Source of the DNA: the human T2T-CHM13v2.0 reference genome, Homo sapiens
Length of the DNA: 64,000 nucleotides
Direction: 5' to 3' (one strand)
NCBI RefSeq assembly: GCF_009914755.1
Contig: NC_060948.1
Shown here: one piece after another, positions 63,055 through 64,000 of the stretch
Layout: each line of letters opens with the position of its first letter
Position numbering within the stretch: position 1 is the stretch's first letter
Notes under the pieces: generated by a model
What the model saw: the letters and a program-made list of their open reading frames with translations, nothing else
Told to the model about the DNA's origin: nothing
Databases searched by the model: none
Position numbers and translations under genes: made by a program

Positions 63055-64000
63055 TCTAACCCTGTAATTAATCATCACATTAACTTTGACCCACCCCTCT
63101 CCCTAATCATAACCCAGAATCCCTAACACTAACAGCAGCCCTAAGCCACAAACTTGATGCCAACATCAACCCTATGCCTAACTACTCACTAAAACCAAAA
63201 CCCCAAGTGAAATCCCAACTCAAAATCCCACTCTAACTGCTAAACCTGAATTTGACCCTGACCTTGATAATAACCCTAACACAAAGGTACCCCAACCATT
63301 ACATAAACCTGAACTTAAACACTGTCTAAAACCCTAATCCCAAAACCCTAACCCTAAGACAAAAACACTTACCATAAACAAAAAACCATATCTCCAAACT
63401 TTAAAAGCCCCTAACAACTAACCACAACCCCTATCACATAATCCTGACTTCTACCTCTGAAACCTGCCTTCTGAACATGAACATAACACTCACATTAAGT
63501 CTGATACTAATTTCTAACCTAAAACCTAAAATTCTTATTACAACCCTAAGCCTACATCTACCCCAAACCTAAACCTAGCTGTTACATAAAACCCAAACCC
63601 TAATCCTAACATTAATCTTTAGCCCAAACCTAACCCTACACCTAACCCTAACCCTTAACCCTAAGCCTAAGTACTAACATAAACTGTAGCCCTATTGTTT
63701 AACCCCAATCTGTACCCTAATGCCAACCCTAACACTAATTCTAACCAATAATTGTGATGCTGACTGTAATCATAATACTAAACATAACCTTAACTGCTTA
63801 ATATAAATTTAAACACTAACCATAACTATAACCTAAAGCATAAACTATACCTACCCTAACCATAACAATAACATTAAACAATAATTCTAAACTTAATCCT
63901 AATTCAAACACTGTGCCCTATCTATAACACCAACAGACCCACAACCAAATGCCCAGTGAAAACACAAACACTAACACTAAACTCGAACTCTAACACTAAC
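63055..64000. repeat. Degenerate telomere-like hexamer tract, (CCCTAA)n variants
   Basis: 6-bp periodic ccctaa/cactaa/cctaaa/cataac units, near-perfect 'cctaaccctaaccc' at ~63630-63665, strong C/A strand skew; continues past the window end. Confidence 0.85.

Overview
AT-rich, repeat-saturated primate DNA with no intact protein-coding gene. It is most likely ampliconic Y chromosome of human or a great ape: it carries two tandem CDY (chromodomain Y) pseudogene copies, a decayed USP9Y-like exon and AluY-type elements. The CDY copies lie in an old tandem duplication (L1M ORF1 + CDY + MER21/MER52). Copy 1 (~13.9-15.0 kb) has lost almost its whole CDS by a microhomology deletion. Copy 2 (~19.1-21.9 kb) is full length but frameshifted, has an upstream MER11 solo LTR, and has an AluY inserted at the CDY1 splice donor. 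The rest is nested retroelements: a deleted HERV-L/MLT2 provirus, MER52 and MER21, many MER4-group ERV1 LTR/gag fragments in alternating orientation, a near-complete minus-strand HERV-T (HERVS71/LTR6) provirus with an inverted, relocated gag segment, the pol-env-LTR half of an HML-6 (HERV-K3/LTR3) provirus, old L1s and Alus. There is also a complex (TA)n VNTR and a degenerate telomere-like (CCCTAA)n tract running off the right end. I see no convincing new functional system; the most notable signals are rearrangement scars and the CDY decay history. Family names come from recalled consensus sequences, not database searches, and many element boundaries are approximate.
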